Virus record (IMG/VR): IMGVR_UViG_3300028571_002339
Coordinates: 1 to 57,821 of that record
DNA length: 57,821 bases
Source of the DNA: a virus
Taxonomy: Duplodnaviria; Caudoviricetes
Reading direction: 5' to 3' (one strand)
In this document: positions 37,147 to 47,166 of the stretch, one piece after another
Numbering within the stretch: position 1 is the stretch's first letter
How the letters are laid out: the number at the start of each line of letters is the position of its first letter
Position numbers and translations under genes: made by a program
The notes under the pieces: generated by a model
The model's database searches: none
Told to the model about the DNA's origin: nothing
Seen by the model: the letters and a program-made list of their open reading frames with translations, nothing else

Positions 37147-37888
37147 AGCCTTATTTAAACTCTCCCCTGCTGCTGCGATTAAATACTTCAAAGGCAAAGA
37201 AAACAAATTATCCTGGGATTGGTACGAACTTTGGCAAGATGCACACAAAAAATCTTTCACAGTTGCAAAGGCGATGAGGGAAGATATTTTAAAGGATATT
37301 CGCTCTGCACTTGAAAAAGCACTGGAAGACGGACAAACGTTTCAATCTTTCCAAAAAGAATTAAAACCAACTTTGCAGAAAAAAGGTTGGTGGGGCGAAC
37401 AATTTATCGGCGATTCACAAGGAAATATCGAAAAAGTACAACTCGGTTCAATGTATCGGCTAAAAACAATTTATTCAGTAAATATGCAAACAGCATACCA
37501 AACCGGACGGTACAAGACACAGTTTGATAACGCTGACAATAGACCGTATTGGGAATACGTATCAGTTTTGGACCAGCGTACACGCCCTGAACACGCACAA
37601 TTAAGCGGACTGGTCTTTAGATATGACGACCCGTTTTGGAATTCTTTTTACCCACCAAATGGTTGGCGATGTCGGTGCAGAGTGAGGGCTTTAGCTGATT
37701 ACAACCTGAAAGAGAAAAATTTATCCGTTGATGATTCGGACGGAAGATTATCAGAAGAAAAACAGCTTGTTTCCAAGAAATCGGGTAACTACATGCCTGT
37801 AACCGTTTATACGGACCCGCTGACAGGCAAGAAAATTGCACCCGATGTCGGATGGTCGCATAATCCGGCGAACGGATTGGTAAAATGA
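37136..37888 (+). CDS. head morphogenesis protein (Mu gpF/SPP1 gp7)
   Basis: SFTVAK, LQKKGWW, RTRPEH, PPNGWRCRC. Confidence 0.95.
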   Translation: MELKALFKLSPAAAIKYFKGKENKLSWDWYELWQDAHKKSFTVAKAMREDILKDIRSALEKALEDGQTFQSFQKELKPTLQKKGWWGEQFIGDSQGNIEKVQLGSMYRLKTIYSVNMQTAYQTGRYKTQFDNADNRPYWEYVSVLDQRTRPEHAQLSGLVFRYDDPFWNSFYPPNGWRCRCRVRALADYNLKEKNLSVDDSDGRLSEEKQLVSKKSGNYMPVTVYTDPLTGKKIAPDVGWSHNPANGLVK

Positions 37889-37928
37889 ATTAAAAGAGAT
37901 TTAAAACACATTTAAAAGGAGTTTAAAA

Positions 37929-38741
37929 ATGACTATTGATACAAAACATTTATTAAATTGGGTCGGCGGCAAAAGATTGCTAAGAAAAACAATCGCACCA
38001 CTTATCCCGACTGACATCAAATCTTATGTTGAACCTTTCGGCGGCGGCGGTTGGGTTCTGTTTTACAAACCCCGTTGGGCAGATTTAGAGATTTACAATG
38101 ACTTAGACGGCAGGCTTGTAAACCTTTTCAGAATTGTAAAATATCACCCTGAAGCGTTGAAAGAAGAACTTAGATACTTACTTGGCTCTCGTGAAATGTT
38201 TGTGCAATTTTTAAATTCAAAACCTTATACTGATATCCAAAAAGCAGTCCAATTCTTATTTTTAATCACTCGCTCCTTTGGCGGTAGAGGCGAAACTTAT
38301 GGAACAGTCAAAAAATCTTCAGGCGGAGCAAGCAAAAGTCAGACAAATATTTTATTTAAAATTGATGCAATTCACAAACGCTTGGACAAAGTTTTGGTTG
38401 AAAACAGGGATTTTGAAAAGCTAATTAAGCAATATGACCACGAAGATGCATTTTTCTATTGCGACCCACCATATACTTGCGGATGCGGATATGAAGTAAC
38501 CACCACAGAAGGCTTCGCACATGAAAAGTTACGAGATACTTTGAAAAATATTCAGGGTAGATTTTTACTTTCCTATGATGATTGCCCGAAAATCCGTGAG
38601 CTGTACAAAGACTTTGAAATGATTGCAGTCGAACGACTAAACGGTATCAATAATAAAACCGGCGACAGAAAAAATAAAATGTTTAAGGAGCTACTGATTG
38701 CGAATTATCCAATCCAGGACCTACATAAAAATGTCGGATAA
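37929..38741 (+). CDS. orphan DNA adenine methyltransferase (D12 class)
   Basis: WVGGK, YVEPFGGGG, YND, YCDPPY. Confidence 0.95.
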   Translation: MTIDTKHLLNWVGGKRLLRKTIAPLIPTDIKSYVEPFGGGGWVLFYKPRWADLEIYNDLDGRLVNLFRIVKYHPEALKEELRYLLGSREMFVQFLNSKPYTDIQKAVQFLFLITRSFGGRGETYGTVKKSSGGASKSQTNILFKIDAIHKRLDKVLVENRDFEKLIKQYDHEDAFFYCDPPYTCGCGYEVTTTEGFAHEKLRDTLKNIQGRFLLSYDDCPKIRELYKDFEMIAVERLNGINNKTGDRKNKMFKELLIANYPIQDLHKNVG

Positions 38742-39177
38742 TATTGAAATCAGAATTGACAATAAAGCTGTGGAAGAAGCCCTTTTGAAGGTTGCAAGTA
38801 AATGCGAAGAAATGAAACCTTTGATGAAAAACATTGCAGGTATTATGGCTGATGCTGTGGAAGAAAATTTTGAGCAAGAAGGTCGACCTGCCAAATGGCA
38901 GGAATTGGCTGAATCTACAATTAAAAAACGGAAGAAAACAAAGCACTGGCCCGGCAGAATTTTGCAGGTAGAAGGGCAGCTCGCTACCTCTATTACAACT
39001 CAATACGATAGCGAAAGTGCCGTTATCGGCTCAAACTTGGAATACGCAGCAATCCATCAACTCGGCGGTAACGCTGGCAAAGGCAAAAAAGTCACAATCC
39101 CTGCACGACCGTATTTATCGCTAAATAGCACAATTGTTGGAGAAATTCTTAGCGCTACTGAACAATATTTAATCTAA
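38731..39177 (+). CDS. virion morphogenesis protein (Mu gpG/P2 gpS-like)
   Basis: ENFEQEGRP.W, GSNLEYAAIHQ.GG, IPARPYL. Confidence 0.95.
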   Translation: MSDNIEIRIDNKAVEEALLKVASKCEEMKPLMKNIAGIMADAVEENFEQEGRPAKWQELAESTIKKRKKTKHWPGRILQVEGQLATSITTQYDSESAVIGSNLEYAAIHQLGGNAGKGKKVTIPARPYLSLNSTIVGEILSATEQYLI

Positions 39178-39191
39178 ATTCTAAATAATTC

Positions 39192-41012
39192 TTAAACATT
39201 AACTTCTTGATTTCTAAATTGCATTTCGTATAAATGTTTATATTGCCCATTTTCTTTTTGGATTAATTCTTCATGCGTTCCCAATTCAACTAATTCACCC
39301 TCATTTATTACTGCAATCCTATCTGCATTTTTAATAGTAGAAAGTCTGTGAGCTATAATGAATACGGTGCGATCTTCCACCAAATTATCCATTGCAGCTT
39401 GAACTATTGCTTCTGATTCGTTATCTAATGCAGAAGTTGCTTCATCCAAAATTACAATTGGAGCATTCCTAAGCATTGCCCGAGCAATTGCAACACGCTG
39501 TCTTTGTCCGCCAGAAAGAGTTAACCCTCGTTCACCAAGCATCGTCTCTAAGCCTTCAGGTAATTCTTGCATCATATCCTGCAAATGTGCTGATTGTATT
39601 GCTTGCATTACTTGATCCGTTGTGGCATCAGGATTTCCCATAAGAATATTTTCTTTTATAGTTCCAGAATACAAAAAATTATCTTGAAAAACCATTGAGA
39701 TATTGCGTCTTAATGATTTCAATGAGAAGTTTCTTATATCAACTTCGTCTATTTTTATTGAACCTGTCTTGATATCATAAAAACGTGGAATTAAATTAAC
39801 CAATGTTGACTTTCCGCCACCTGAATTTCCAACAATTGCGAGTGTTTCATTTTTATTTACAGTTAAAGTTAAGTTTTTTAAAACAGGTTGATCTGGAGTA
39901 TATTCAAAAACTATATTTTCAAATTTGATGTTATTATTTAAACTAGTCATTTTGATTGGTTTTTTGCAATCTGCAATATTCGGTTCTAAGTCAAATAATT
40001 CAAATACACGCCCCATTGCAACAAAGATATTTTGAATACCAGCTAATGTTCCGCCTAAAGTTTTTACTGGTTTATACAATAATAATAAAGAAGTTACAAA
40101 AGAAGCAAATGATCCTGCTGTCATATTACCAATATTTATTAAATATGTACCATAACCTAATACAATAGCAATACCACATGATGCAATCAAATACATCAAG
40201 GGTGACATCCAAGCTGTACGTTTTAGTAAAGATATGCCAATATTATATCCTTCCAAGAGTTGCTCTTTAAAATATTTTTCGTGTCTCTCTTGTAATTCAT
40301 AAGCTGCCATCACTTTGTTACCACCATATGTTTCATTCATATTAGTAGTAATTTTACCACCGATAACCATATTTTTATTAGAAGTTTCTTGTATTAGTTT
40401 TCTAATTAAAGCAACAGGAATAAAGGCAATGCAAAGAACCAATACACCAATAAAAGCAAGTTTCCAAGAACTATAAATCATTACTAAAATTAAACCTAAT
40501 GCTCCACAAGTAGCAGTTGTAATAGTTTTTATATTATCTACAATTCCTGCAGATGCAGCAGCAGGATCGCCAACATATCTTGCAAGTATAATTCCTGAAG
40601 AATTTTCATCAAAAAATTGAGGGTGCATATGAATCAAGCGATTGAACAAATCAAATCTTACATCATTAGTTATATGGGCACTTGTCCAAGCGGATAAATA
40701 TTCATTTAAATATCTTAAAACACCTTGAATTAAAGCAAACATAACAATTCCAATAGGAATAAGAAAAGACATTTCAAGCGATGTTATGTTTAAAGAATAA
40801 TTAAAGGCACTAAGCTCAAAATTTTTACCACCGATAACGAAATCCATATAAGGCTTTAAAGCAAATGCTGTAACACCATCAAGTAAACCTAGTGGTATCG
40901 CAATTAAAAAACCTAAAAATATTCTAAATAAGTATGGCTTAATGTATGGGAATATTCTTAATAATAACCATTTATATTCAAATGAATTTGCTGTTGAGTT
41001 ATTTAATTTCAT
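39192..41012 (-). CDS. MsbA-like ABC exporter (TMD + NBD)
   Basis: Six-TM region, GNSGGGKST, LSGGQRQR, LDEATSALD, IAHRLST. Confidence 0.9.
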   Translation of the reverse strand: MKLNNSTANSFEYKWLLLRIFPYIKPYLFRIFLGFLIAIPLGLLDGVTAFALKPYMDFVIGGKNFELSAFNYSLNITSLEMSFLIPIGIVMFALIQGVLRYLNEYLSAWTSAHITNDVRFDLFNRLIHMHPQFFDENSSGIILARYVGDPAAASAGIVDNIKTITTATCGALGLILVMIYSSWKLAFIGVLVLCIAFIPVALIRKLIQETSNKNMVIGGKITTNMNETYGGNKVMAAYELQERHEKYFKEQLLEGYNIGISLLKRTAWMSPLMYLIASCGIAIVLGYGTYLINIGNMTAGSFASFVTSLLLLYKPVKTLGGTLAGIQNIFVAMGRVFELFDLEPNIADCKKPIKMTSLNNNIKFENIVFEYTPDQPVLKNLTLTVNKNETLAIVGNSGGGKSTLVNLIPRFYDIKTGSIKIDEVDIRNFSLKSLRRNISMVFQDNFLYSGTIKENILMGNPDATTDQVMQAIQSAHLQDMMQELPEGLETMLGERGLTLSGGQRQRVAIARAMLRNAPIVILDEATSALDNESEAIVQAAMDNLVEDRTVFIIAHRLSTIKNADRIAVINEGELVELGTHEELIQKENGQYKHLYEMQFRNQEVNV

Positions 41013-42123
41013 TTTCTACTCCAATTTTGATATTAGACTTTGGAACTTCTGCTAATAATGCAGTTTCGACAAAAATATTGGTTATTGAAGGCTTGGTAAT
41101 TTTAAACTTATAGCCCAAATTCCAACTTTCAATTAAAGGTTTTATTTTAAAGAAATCCTCAGCATTATGATAAATTGAAATATTTAATGCCGGTTTTTGG
41201 GATTTTATTGTATTAATCGCACCTTGCAACAAATATCTTTCAGCTCCTTCTACATCAACTTTTATTAATCCAACCTTGATATCATGTTGTTTTACAAAAT
41301 TATCTATTGTCGTAAAATGAACTTTTTCAATATTGGAACCACTATTTCTATAAGAATTTATAGATGTAGACTGTCCTGCAATACCAGCGACATAAATATC
41401 CTTGTCAGTTTCTTTATCTAATAATCCTAGTTTTACTGGGATTACATTTTTTAGATTATTAATTTCAATTGTTTTAGTTAAAGATTCATAAAGTTTACTA
41501 ACGGGTTCAAAGCTATAAACATTATCTGATGTAAGCCTTGAGAACAATACTGCTGAATCACCAATTGAGGCACCTGCATCTATTACACTTTTTGAAAAAT
41601 CAATATTGTCAAATTCTTTTAAATTATGTTCGTAGTAGAAAACTGATGAATCAAAAAATGAATTTGGTAATAAATAATCTTTGTATGCCCAAATCTCTTT
41701 ATCCACTTGCACAATAGATTTCACAAAATTTGCTTGCAAATTTCTTAATTCGGATAATTCCTCGTTACTAAGAAAATAAAAGCGATTGTTAGTATTTTTC
41801 AATTGTTGTATTCTTGCTAAAGCTTTTTGAACATTCAAAACACTTTCATCATCTAATCCTTTTATTAAATTTAAATAATCATCTTTAATGTTAATTTTGT
41901 TTAAATAAGGATAAAAATCATTGGATAATATAACTGGTTCATCTAATAAATCCATGATATTATTTTGTATTCGACATAATGAATCACTTTTTAAATTAAC
42001 TTCTGTAATTTTATCAAGTATTAAATTTGATAATTTAAGTTTAATTTTTAAACCTAAAATAGTTATAACTTTGTGACCATTTTGATTTTTAATAGAAAGT
42101 ATCGTATTTAATAGTTTTTTCAT
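40999..42123 (-). CDS. FkbM-family methyltransferase
   Basis: VIDAGASIGD, SFEP, IKVDVEGAE, ISIYH; start MKKLL after GGAG. Confidence 0.9.
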   Translation of the reverse strand: MKKLLNTILSIKNQNGHKVITILGLKIKLKLSNLILDKITEVNLKSDSLCRIQNNIMDLLDEPVILSNDFYPYLNKINIKDDYLNLIKGLDDESVLNVQKALARIQQLKNTNNRFYFLSNEELSELRNLQANFVKSIVQVDKEIWAYKDYLLPNSFFDSSVFYYEHNLKEFDNIDFSKSVIDAGASIGDSAVLFSRLTSDNVYSFEPVSKLYESLTKTIEINNLKNVIPVKLGLLDKETDKDIYVAGIAGQSTSINSYRNSGSNIEKVHFTTIDNFVKQHDIKVGLIKVDVEGAERYLLQGAINTIKSQKPALNISIYHNAEDFFKIKPLIESWNLGYKFKITKPSITNIFVETALLAEVPKSNIKIGVENEIK

Positions 42124-42124
42124 T

Positions 42125-43366
42125 TTAACTCCATTCCGTAATTTCTTTTTTTGATATAGCAAATTTTTGTACTTTTCTATTTTTAATATCACAATATTTG
42201 CAAAAATCACTTCTATGAGTGCAGAATTCAGCTATTTCTTCATAAGAGTTGGCTTTATAAATATCGATATAGTCATTTTCTGTTACCTCTAAATTTTGAT
42301 TAAAATGCTTATTAAAATAGCCAACATAAGGTATAAATGGACAGGTATATATTTTACCGTGTCTTAAAGTTATACTTTCATTAAATTGATAACAAGATAC
42401 ATACTGGTATTTTTCAACATTCCCTTTTAAATCAAAAGGGTGATGAACAGAGAGTTTATCAATATCTTTACCAAAATATTTATTTTGTCCGGCTTCATTT
42501 GGATTTACTTTTCCGATTTCAACAAATCGTTCATATTTTAAACCATATTGTTTTGCTTTTGTATCAATTTTTTGAAAATCTAATTTTACAGGATATGATG
42601 TAACCATCAATGTTACATCATAATCTTTCATTGCTTGCCATAAATTACCATTTTCACAATTTTCAAGCTGTAATAATAAAATTCCGTTAGTAAAGAAAAA
42701 TATTGTAGATGTTGGGAATTTTTCTCTTGTTATGCGCATAAAATCTATTAATTGTGGGTGTAGAGTTGGCTCTCCACCTTGAATTTTAAAAATGCCCATT
42801 TCGTTATTCATTAATTCTGCAAGACGAGACATATCTTTTTCAAATTCATTAATATCAAGTAACTTTTTATCTGCAATCGGTGAAAAATGATCACAACATT
42901 GGCAATTTAAATTACAGTGGTCTGCAATATTAACTTCTAACCAAAAATTTTCTTTTGAGCGTGGAGTCATTTTATGAGGAATAGTTCTTTTATTCCATTC
43001 TGTCATAAAATATATTTCATCAAATCCATATTTTTTAAGTTGGTTATATGTCCAATTACACATATAATCTTCATTACCGACAATAACACAGGTATCACGT
43101 TGAATTCGTCTTGTTTTATGAAAAATATTTGATTTTGCGACTCTGTCATGAGCTTGCTGCAGAGTATATACTGGTTTGGCTGCATTAACAATCTGATCAT
43201 TATTATCAATCAAAAAGCCTTCTACCACTATATCACACGATTTTAAGAATTTTTCAAGTAATATCTGTGAACATTTACAGTCATAAATAAAAACATGTTT
43301 ATGTTTCCCACAATATTTTACTAAGTCTTCAACTTGAACTATATTTGGGTTATCATTATTAGCCAT
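42125..43366 (-). CDS. radical SAM protein with C-terminal Fe-S domain
   Basis: CNLNCQCC (CxxxCxxC), GGEPTLHP, TNG, GKIYTC, FCKYC. Confidence 0.9.
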   Translation of the reverse strand: MANNDNPNIVQVEDLVKYCGKHKHVFIYDCKCSQILLEKFLKSCDIVVEGFLIDNNDQIVNAAKPVYTLQQAHDRVAKSNIFHKTRRIQRDTCVIVGNEDYMCNWTYNQLKKYGFDEIYFMTEWNKRTIPHKMTPRSKENFWLEVNIADHCNLNCQCCDHFSPIADKKLLDINEFEKDMSRLAELMNNEMGIFKIQGGEPTLHPQLIDFMRITREKFPTSTIFFFTNGILLLQLENCENGNLWQAMKDYDVTLMVTSYPVKLDFQKIDTKAKQYGLKYERFVEIGKVNPNEAGQNKYFGKDIDKLSVHHPFDLKGNVEKYQYVSCYQFNESITLRHGKIYTCPFIPYVGYFNKHFNQNLEVTENDYIDIYKANSYEEIAEFCTHRSDFCKYCDIKNRKVQKFAISKKEITEWS

Positions 43367-44588
43367 TATGTGCTCCTATTAATTTATTTGTATCTTTTAT
43401 TTTATTCAATTTAGCGATGACGTCATCTATAATCAATTTCTCATCACTGTATTTGTTTACATCATATTCAAAAATAATTTCATTATTCACATTCGGTAAT
43501 TTTTTAATTGAAAAACCACTTAAAACTTTACTTGATTGAATTCTTTTAAACCCAGGACGCTTAGGAAAATCTGTATAAAAAGCAAATAAAGGTACTCCAG
43601 ATTGTGATAGACATTCCAAGAAGCCACTCCTTAAACCGATAATAGCTTTAGCGTATTTTGAAAGTTCTATAGCTTCTTCATATGTTAAAAATGCAGATTG
43701 AGTTCCTACAACTAAATTTCTAAATTCCATTGAGTTGCAAAAAACTTCATAGCCTAAACTTCTAAATTTTTTACATAAATTTTCCCAAAAATCTTTTTCC
43801 ATTGGTTCATTACTTAATGTTTCAGGAGATATAAAAATGAAATTATTGTTCAATATATAATTCGCAATGTTATTAATTTTGTTTTTTGTTTCAGGAGATA
43901 TTGAAAAATTTGAAAGACTGCAGTATTTCAAATTTAAATGTTGTTTTAAGCATTCATAATAATGTGCGTTATTATTTCTAATTTTATCTTCAGTTTCTAT
44001 GAAATATTTTTCACAAGTTGGAATATATATCGTTTTAGATTTGTAATTCATTTTTATTTTATTAATTGCTCTGGAAACTAAAGGGACATTTACTTTTTTA
44101 ACATAAACCATGGGAATATGAGGGAAGAACATTTTGCATATATTTAAATGATATTTTGCTGTAAAAATAAGAATAAAATTTTTAGATTTATTATTTTCCA
44201 ACCACTGTGCAAAATGGTGCATTAGTAAATAAAATTCACCGCTACGAGAAAGAAATATATAATAATCGTCATATTCATCATATTTATTTAAAATTTTATC
44301 TAAAAATTCGTTTTTGAATTGCCCAGTTGTCTTTTTTATCCAAATTGGCAATGAGAATAAATAAAATATTTTATGTGAATTTTGTAGCTTACTTTGAAAA
44401 AAACGAAAACCAAATACTCTTAAAGTAAAAATGTGTTCGTCTTTATTAAATTTAAAGTAAATTAAATTTAATAATAATTTAATTTTAACTTCCGAATCTT
44501 CTTTATCGATGGATTTGCTGTATATGGTACAACCGCAAATTTTTACTTTGAGTTTTCTTTTTTCTTTTTTCACTTTAATTATTTGCAT
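43359..44588 (-). CDS. putative GT-B glycosyltransferase (GT9/heptosyltransferase-like)
   Basis: SGEFYLL, FISPETLS, FW, IIGLRSGFLE; N-terminal beta-hairpin repeats. Confidence 0.6.
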   Translation of the reverse strand: MQIIKVKKEKRKLKVKICGCTIYSKSIDKEDSEVKIKLLLNLIYFKFNKDEHIFTLRVFGFRFFQSKLQNSHKIFYLFSLPIWIKKTTGQFKNEFLDKILNKYDEYDDYYIFLSRSGEFYLLMHHFAQWLENNKSKNFILIFTAKYHLNICKMFFPHIPMVYVKKVNVPLVSRAINKIKMNYKSKTIYIPTCEKYFIETEDKIRNNNAHYYECLKQHLNLKYCSLSNFSISPETKNKINNIANYILNNNFIFISPETLSNEPMEKDFWENLCKKFRSLGYEVFCNSMEFRNLVVGTQSAFLTYEEAIELSKYAKAIIGLRSGFLECLSQSGVPLFAFYTDFPKRPGFKRIQSSKVLSGFSIKKLPNVNNEIIFEYDVNKYSDEKLIIDDVIAKLNKIKDTNKLIGAHNG

Positions 44589-45802
44589 AAATCTTTTTCC
44601 TGTTGTTTTTTTACTGTAAAGGAATTTACAATCTGCATGAGTACATTTTTATTAGATAATTCTGACATATTGAATTCATAGAGATTATCTGGATTTATAT
44701 TTGGCAATTTATTCAACCCAAAACCTGACAATACAAATTCAACTGCCATATCGTTAAAGACATATCTATTTCTGAATTTTGTATATAAGCTAAATAACGG
44801 AACATTAGTTTGCAGAAGAGATTCTGTTAATCCACTTCGTAAAGAAACAACGCCTTTGGATAATTTAGCTAATGCAAAAGCTTCACTGAAAGTTAATTTA
44901 CAAGTCTTATAATCACAGCCGATAATATCTGTATCTTTATCAACAATATTCATAAAAACGTCAATTCCAGCATTGTTAAATTCTTCACATAAGTCAACCC
45001 AAAAATCATTGTCATATTCCTCACAAGAGACAGCTTCAGGAGCAATAAACACAAAATTATTAAGATTTAATTTCGTTTTCTTTATTTTTTTTAATAGTGA
45101 ATGGTGAATACCAGCAGGAACTTTGGCTTCCCTAAAATCTAAATCCTTTTCGTCTATTTTAAGTTCATCTATAATTGAATAAAAATAGTGAGAAGTATCA
45201 ATCGGATTATTTTTTATATCCTGTTCAACCTTGATAAAATGTTCCCCTCTAAATAGAGTAAAAAACCTTTGGCGATTAATAGTTGTGCAAAGGTTTTTGA
45301 AATTTTTCTCTAGCTTTGGAATGTAAATATAAGGCACATCAGCCCATAACAATTTTATCAAATCAACATGATATTTTTTTGTCGCAACTAAAATAAAATT
45401 GGTGCTATTAATTTTTTTCAAAAATGGAACTAATAAATAAGTTAAAAACAGGTATATTTCTCCGCTGTTTGCATTTAAAATCAAAACATCATCATATCCG
45501 TTAAAATATTTTCTGTTTTTTTCCTGAAAAATTTGCTTTAAATTTTTTGAGCAAACAAGTTTTTCAAGAAAATATACTTTTCTGTAATTTTCATCTTCTA
45601 TCCTTTTAGTAATTTCTTTCCCAAAAACTTTTGTAGATTTTATCTCTGTATCATCTTCTAGTTTAACTTTTAATGTCAGAATAAGATTCCCTAAAAATCT
45701 TTGAGTTCTCTTTTTGTAACCATTAGTTACAATGTATACTACATTTCCAAATATTTTTACTATTCTTGAACATCCACGTTTTTTATTTTCAAATAACCAC
45801 AT
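44579..45802 (-). CDS. putative GT-B glycosyltransferase (GT9-like), paralogue
   Basis: SGEIYLF, FIAPEAVS, FW, VVSLRSGLTE. Confidence 0.6.
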   Translation of the reverse strand: MWLFENKKRGCSRIVKIFGNVVYIVTNGYKKRTQRFLGNLILTLKVKLEDDTEIKSTKVFGKEITKRIEDENYRKVYFLEKLVCSKNLKQIFQEKNRKYFNGYDDVLILNANSGEIYLFLTYLLVPFLKKINSTNFILVATKKYHVDLIKLLWADVPYIYIPKLEKNFKNLCTTINRQRFFTLFRGEHFIKVEQDIKNNPIDTSHYFYSIIDELKIDEKDLDFREAKVPAGIHHSLLKKIKKTKLNLNNFVFIAPEAVSCEEYDNDFWVDLCEEFNNAGIDVFMNIVDKDTDIIGCDYKTCKLTFSEAFALAKLSKGVVSLRSGLTESLLQTNVPLFSLYTKFRNRYVFNDMAVEFVLSGFGLNKLPNINPDNLYEFNMSELSNKNVLMQIVNSFTVKKQQEKDLCK

Positions 45803-46791
45803 TATATTACTCCGCTATTTAAGCAATCATGGATATGTATAACCCCGACAGGTTTGTTATTTTCTATTACAAACAAATTTGTAATTTTCTTTTCATTCAT
45901 TATTTTTATTGCTTCTGTTGCCATTGCTGAAGGTATAATTGTTTTAGGGCATTTTGTCATCAAGTCAATCGCATTTTTATTTAAAACGTTTGCAGACAGA
46001 CATCTTCTTAAGTCGCCATCTGTTAGAATACCAATGAACTCTCCCAGTGAATTTACAAATCCAACACAGCCTAATCTTTTAGATGTCATTTCTAACAATG
46101 CTTCCTGCATAGAAACTTGTTCTCCCAAAATTGGCAACTCACTACCTGTATGCATTAAATCTGAAACCTTCAATAGCACTGAACCAAGTTTTCCGCCTGG
46201 ATGTCTTTGATTAAAATCAGTTTTCGTAAAACATTTTCGCTCCATTAATGCAACCGTTAAAATATCACCAAGTACAAGCGTTGCCGTAGTTGATGAGGTT
46301 GGAGCTAATCCAAGAGGACAAGCTTCTCTTGCGTTTGGAAGTTTTAGAATGATATCACAGGCTTTTCCAAGTGTACTTTCTTCTTTTTTTGCGATTCCAA
46401 CTAATGGAATGCCAAATCTTTTGCAATAATTTAAAATATCAGCTAGTTCTTTTGATTCTCCGCTATTAGAAATTGCAAAAACAACATCTTCTACTGTTAA
46501 CATTCCTAAATCGCCATGACTGGCTTCTGCCGGATGTATAAAAAATGCAGGTGTTCCTGTTGAGGCTAAAGATGAAACAATCTTGCGTCCTATAATACCT
46601 GATTTTCCCATTCCTGTAAATACAATTCTCCCTGTAGTTTTCTGCATTAAATCTAATACTTTTGTAAGAGATTCATCCAAGCTATCTTCCAAAACTCTTA
46701 AGCTTTCTATTTCTTTTTCAATAGTTTTTTTTGCGGAAATTATATCTGAATTTTCTAATTTTGATATATCTTTAATTATTGTAGATTGCAT
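45802..46791 (-). CDS. kdsD: arabinose-5-phosphate isomerase (KdsD/KpsF/GutQ; SIS + CBS)
   Basis: GMGKSG, STGTP, HPAEASHGDLG, SNSGES, APTSSTT, HPGG.LG, TDGDLRR. Confidence 0.92.
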   Translation of the reverse strand: MQSTIIKDISKLENSDIISAKKTIEKEIESLRVLEDSLDESLTKVLDLMQKTTGRIVFTGMGKSGIIGRKIVSSLASTGTPAFFIHPAEASHGDLGMLTVEDVVFAISNSGESKELADILNYCKRFGIPLVGIAKKEESTLGKACDIILKLPNAREACPLGLAPTSSTTATLVLGDILTVALMERKCFTKTDFNQRHPGGKLGSVLLKVSDLMHTGSELPILGEQVSMQEALLEMTSKRLGCVGFVNSLGEFIGILTDGDLRRCLSANVLNKNAIDLMTKCPKTIIPSAMATEAIKIMNEKKITNLFVIENNKPVGVIHIHDCLNSGVI

Positions 46792-46800
46792 TTTACCCCC

Positions 46801-47166
46801 CTATAGTTGTGCATTTATTTTATAATTAATCTCTAATTTTTCATCACGTTTTTTATTGATTGCATAAGCTGTTTTTAGTCCTGATGGCTTTTCATCATTG
46901 ACTAAAATCCGCTCACCCATGGGCATATCACAAATCAAATTATTATAACGTAGGTTATTTTCTTTCAAAAATTTAATTAAGCATTCAAGATGTTCAGCTT
47001 TTCTTGCTGTCAAAAGAATTATTTTATCTTCAGGGTTAAGACTATCAAAAAAATCTCTTACTCCATCTAATAAAATGTCACCGCCATTTAGGTGTCCATT
47101 GTGTTTTAATAATGTCCCGTCGACATCTATTATCCAAGTTTTTGCCAAAGGAGATAGTTCAATCAT
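46801..47166 (-). CDS. minimal HAD-family phosphatase
   Basis: IDVDGT, LTAR, VNDEKP. Confidence 0.8.
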   Translation of the reverse strand: MIELSPLAKTWIIDVDGTLLKHNGHLNGGDILLDGVRDFFDSLNPEDKIILLTARKAEHLECLIKFLKENNLRYNNLICDMPMGERILVNDEKPSGLKTAYAINKKRDEKLEINYKINAQL

